A stretch of DNA of 64,000 bases from Promethearchaeota archaeon (lineage in GTDB: Archaea > Asgardarchaeota > Lokiarchaeia > Sigyniarchaeales > SOKP01): assembly GCA_016840085.1 (NCBI GenBank), contig JAEOTA010000054.1:96001-160000 (forward strand), read 5' to 3'. How positions within the stretch are numbered: the first letter of the stretch is position 1; every line of letters begins with the position of its first letter. This document shows, piece after piece, positions 60,715 to 64,000 of the stretch. A model generated the notes under the pieces. The model had not been told where the DNA came from. It worked only from the letters and a program-made list of their open reading frames with translations, and made no database searches. A program made the translations under genes and the position numbers.

Positions 60715-61632
60715 TTAATCCATTTTATTTAAGGGATGCATCTGGGAGTATGCTTCTTTCAGCTTAGTTATATCATTTTTGGCGTAAATCCGTGTAGTAT
60801 TTGGATTTGAATGGCCTAAAATATCTTGTAATTCGCTAATATCCATTCCTGAACGTCTAAGATGAGTTGCCCCCGTATGTCGGAATATGTGTGGGGTGAC
60901 GATCTTAGAATCTGGAAACCCACATTTATCTTTTATGGATTTTATATCAGATTGAACAACGCGAGGATATAATTTCTGACTTCGAGTATTTACCAATAAA
61001 TAATCTTCAGAATCGTAATAAATTCTGTCATTGAGAACATCCTTAATAAGTTCTAAAGTCCTGTGATCTACAGGCACTATCCTCTCTTTATTTCCTTTTC
61101 CGCGAAGTCTGATATATTCTTTCTCAAAATCAATATCTCGAATTTTAATGTTACATAACTCACTTACTCTTGCCATCGTCGAGTATAATAACCTTACAAT
61201 TAAATAATAACGTTGGCTTTTACGAGAATTGAATAGCATTCTATCTTTTAATTTTTTAAAGATTAATTCTATATCAGACAAATCTAAAAATTTGGGTAAG
61301 CTTTCTTCAAGTTTAATCTTCGGTGTTTTAATCGTACTCATAGGATCTTTCGAAATGAATTCGTTAAGAACAAGAAATTTGAAAAATGAACGTAATGAAG
61401 CAATTTTTCGACTTATACCTTTTTTCGTGTAATTCATTTCATTTAACTTTTTCAAAAAAAATCGAATCTTTTGACGAATAAGCGGAGAATTTAATGAGAG
61501 ATCTCCTATAATATTAATAAATTTCTGAAGATCATAACGATATGCTTTGATGGTTGAAGAAGAACAGCCCTCCTCGACTTCTTTGGCTATTAAGAAGTCT
61601 TCTATAAAATCAGAAATTTTAGAGGTTTCCAT
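60715..61632 (-). CDS. xerA: XerA-like tyrosine recombinase (probable start ATG 61632; ORF track extends to 61662)
   Basis: TIKAYRYDL, LRSFFKFL, ARVSE, GKGNKER, PHIFRH, LGH, TTRIY: complete R-K-H-R-H-Y set. Confidence 0.85.
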   Translation of the reverse strand: METSKISDFIEDFLIAKEVEEGCSSSTIKAYRYDLQKFINIIGDLSLNSPLIRQKIRFFLKKLNEMNYTKKGISRKIASLRSFFKFLVLNEFISKDPMSTIKTPKIKLEESLPKFLDLSDIELIFKKLKDRMLFNSRKSQRYYLIVRLLYSTMARVSELCNIKIRDIDFEKEYIRLRGKGNKERIVPVDHRTLELIKDVLNDRIYYDSEDYLLVNTRSQKLYPRVVQSDIKSIKDKCGFPDSKIVTPHIFRHTGATHLRRSGMDISELQDILGHSNPNTTRIYAKNDITKLKEAYSQMHPLNKMD

Positions 61633-61640
61633 AATAAGAG

Positions 61641-61662
61641 ATGTATTATCATGATAATACAT
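61641..61662. promoter_or_regulatory. Perfect 22-bp palindrome upstream of xerA (putative operator)
   Basis: ATGTATTATCA|TGATAATACAT, 9-30 bp upstream of the probable xerA start. Confidence 0.5.
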
Positions 61663-61743
61663 AATACACTGTAATATTCACATAATATCAGTTTCATTCC
61701 TTTTTCAAAGGGTGGATATATTTCAGAGAGGTGTTTATTTTGT

Positions 61744-62688
61744 TTATTTTGTCTGTCCTTCTCCATACCATCCTTTTTTAATAAATAAGTATGCATTCAT
61801 CGCTGCTGTCGTTGCTTCCCCAACTGCCGTTGCTACCTGTCGTATTCCACCTGTTACATCTCCTGCTGCATAAATACCGGGAATATTAGTTTCTTGTTTC
61901 TCATTGACCTTAATATAATTATATTCATCAGTATCAATACCTGCTTTTTTCGCTAATTCGCTCTGTGGCTCAACTCCTATTGCAACGAAGAGAGCTTTTA
62001 TATTTATTTCAGTTATTTCGTCAGTTTCATGATTTTTAATTTTTAGCTTCCCTACTCTGTCTTCTTCTGCGATAATTTCTTCAATAGTGCTATTAAACAT
62101 TTTTGTGACATTATTTAATGCCATAACCTCATCTGCAATTGCTTTTTCTGCACGCATACGGTGACGTCTATGAATAAGATACACTTCTCTTGCAACACCT
62201 GAAAGATAAATTGCTTCTAGACCCGCTGCATTCCCACCACCAACCGTAGCAACTACCTGATTTCTAAATAAAGGACCGTCACAAGTAGCACAGTAAGAAA
62301 TTCCATTACCTATTAATTCTATCTCATTAGGTAATCCAAGTGTTTGATGTTTCGAACCAGTAGCAATTATGATGGCTTTTACTTTTATGTTACCTTTATA
62401 TGTAGTTATGGTCATTTCTTTTGGATTGATTGCTGAGATTTTTTCATAAAAAAAAGTAGCTCCCCAATTTTCCGCTTGATCCTTCATTTTTTCAGTTAAT
62501 TCAAGACCGTTGATACTCTCGAATCCGGGATAATTTTCGATTTTGGGAGCTGTCCCGGCTAGCCCTCCAAAACTTTCACACTCATAGAGAATAGTCCTTA
62601 AACCCATTCTTCCACCATAAATTGCAGCTGTTAATCCTGCAGGTCCACCCCCAATGATTGCTAGATCTATATCATTTTTATCAGACAA
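61744..62688 (-). CDS. trxB: Thioredoxin-disulfide reductase
   Basis: GGGPAGLTA, SYCATCDG, GGGNAA, HRR, YAAGDVTG. Confidence 0.93.
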   Translation of the reverse strand: MSDKNDIDLAIIGGGPAGLTAAIYGGRMGLRTILYECESFGGLAGTAPKIENYPGFESINGLELTEKMKDQAENWGATFFYEKISAINPKEMTITTYKGNIKVKAIIIATGSKHQTLGLPNEIELIGNGISYCATCDGPLFRNQVVATVGGGNAAGLEAIYLSGVAREVYLIHRRHRMRAEKAIADEVMALNNVTKMFNSTIEEIIAEEDRVGKLKIKNHETDEITEINIKALFVAIGVEPQSELAKKAGIDTDEYNYIKVNEKQETNIPGIYAAGDVTGGIRQVATAVGEATTAAMNAYLFIKKGWYGEGQTK

Positions 62689-62794
62689 TTTTAGTAACCC
62701 ATACTTTGTAGCTTAATCCAACTTTAAACATAATAATCTTAATAATAGTATAAATTTTTTTCAAATTTATTTTGGATAAATAAATTCAATTTTT

Positions 62795-63739
62795 TTATTC
62801 TTTTTTTAATTGACGGAGATATTTGCAAGAGTTTATTCCCGCTCGTGCACCCTCTGCTGCAGCAAAAACTACTTGAAAAATTCCCCCCGTACAATCTCCA
62901 GCAGCATAAACTCCTTTAAGATTTGTTTTTTGTTCTTCATCAACTTTAATATTTCCCATATTATCTAATTCTACTCCCGCTTTTTTGAAAATTGAATTAG
63001 ACGATATATGAGATAAAATAAATAAACAACTTAATTCAAATTCCTTTATTTCTTCAATATTTTCTGATTCAGGCTTAGTAGACTTACATATAATTTTTTG
63101 AATGCTGCCTTCCGAATCTGGAACTACTTCAATTACTTCCATATTTTCAAAAACTTCAATTCCAACTTCTTTAACGTCATATATCTTTTCAGGCAATTTT
63201 TCAATCCCAACTTTTGTGATTATTCGTACGATGCAACCCATTTGTTGTAATGCTAAAGCATCTTCTAACATTTCTTCGTCTGCACCATATAAATAAACAA
63301 TTTTATCTTTATAGATCGGTCCATCATATAATGCACCATAAGACACTCCATAACCAAGTAAAGAACTCTCACCCTTTATGATATCTTTTCTTTGACCTCC
63401 CCCTGTAGCTATAACCACCACGTCAGAAGTTATGTTAGCAGTTCGTGTAGATATCATATTAACTCCCATCCCTAGCATTAGTGAAATTACATCACCCTTG
63501 ATTATACTTACATTCTCAGAATAACTCTCAGCATGATCTTTAAATTTTGCTAACAGATGTTTTCCCTTAATATCTATTTCTCCTGGCCAATTCTGTATTT
63601 CTTTTGCTTTTGCTAAAGCAGATAGCTCTTTGCCATCAAGAATGATAACATCTCTATTTGCTCGGGCACAATACACCCCAGCAGTTAATCCCGCTGGACC
63701 AGCACCAATGATTAAGACTTCACACTTTAATTCGTTCAT
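62795..63739 (-). CDS. Thioredoxin reductase-like flavoprotein lacking the redox CxxC
   Basis: GAGPAGLTA, ATGGG, YAAGDCTGG retained; SYGALYDG replaces SYCxxCDG. Confidence 0.8.
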   Translation of the reverse strand: MNELKCEVLIIGAGPAGLTAGVYCARANRDVIILDGKELSALAKAKEIQNWPGEIDIKGKHLLAKFKDHAESYSENVSIIKGDVISLMLGMGVNMISTRTANITSDVVVIATGGGQRKDIIKGESSLLGYGVSYGALYDGPIYKDKIVYLYGADEEMLEDALALQQMGCIVRIITKVGIEKLPEKIYDVKEVGIEVFENMEVIEVVPDSEGSIQKIICKSTKPESENIEEIKEFELSCLFILSHISSNSIFKKAGVELDNMGNIKVDEEQKTNLKGVYAAGDCTGGIFQVVFAAAEGARAGINSCKYLRQLKKE

Positions 63740-64000
63740 AAAACTAACCTCTTTGAAGTATTGATTATTTTAAATGAAACCTTTAAAAGTTACTAACTCT
63801 CCAGTTACTAATTATAACAATTATTATAATATAATTCTTAAATAAAATAGTAATACAATTAAAAAATCTCTTTCTACACAATCTTATAAAAATTTATTAA
63901 GTTCCTACATTCTTAGAAAAACATTTGAAAAAAAAATATTATCTTATGCTTTGAATAAAAAAGATTAAAAGAATTAAGAAATTCTAAGTTAATCTAAATA

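Noticed and set aside
60715-61662. Integrase of a provirus or integrative element
   Set aside because: It has XerA-like size and motifs and housekeeping neighbours (cdc6, trxB), with no tRNA/att site or cargo genes.
1177-63296. About 30 short (60-133 aa) ORFs overlapping larger genes, e.g. 2762..3025, 24611..24928, 47054..47317, 56461..56862
   Set aside because: Antisense or alternative-frame shadows of well-supported genes, with no motifs.

Overview
AT-rich, gene-dense chromosomal window. It is almost certainly from an Asgard archaeon of the Lokiarchaeia/Promethearchaeota type: it encodes Rab-like and MglA-like small GTPases, longin/DENN-like proteins, a gelsolin-domain protein, vWA-RING proteins, a Loki-CTERM (IPGY-TM-KRK) surface protein, HdrABC-MvhD, Orc1/Cdc6 and XerA. 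I recognised no rRNA, tRNA, CRISPR array or intact mobile element. Main discovery: two protein-coding genes are each split near the 5' end by a 31-nt insertion that folds as an archaeal bulge-helix-bulge (BHB)-type intron. They are purA (51228..51258, minus strand) and a small Zn-ribbon gene (59064..59094, plus strand). Cutting at the canonical EndA positions (after the 2nd nucleotide of each 3-nt bulge) restores the frame and a conserved motif in both: PurA G-D-E-G-K-G-K and the C-P-E-C-G-G zinc knuckle. This points to tRNA-type splicing of mRNA micro-introns in an Asgard archaeon. Other notable items: a receptor-like protein (solute-binding/FN3-like/beta-helix ectodomain, one TM, TIR domain) whose signal peptide is out of frame; a 4x cohesin-like surface protein; tandem vWA-RING paralogues; a candidate ~155-nt structured ncRNA; a CxxC-less thioredoxin reductase paralogue; and a perfect 22-bp palindrome upstream of xerA. 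All family assignments come from motif recognition by eye, not database searches.
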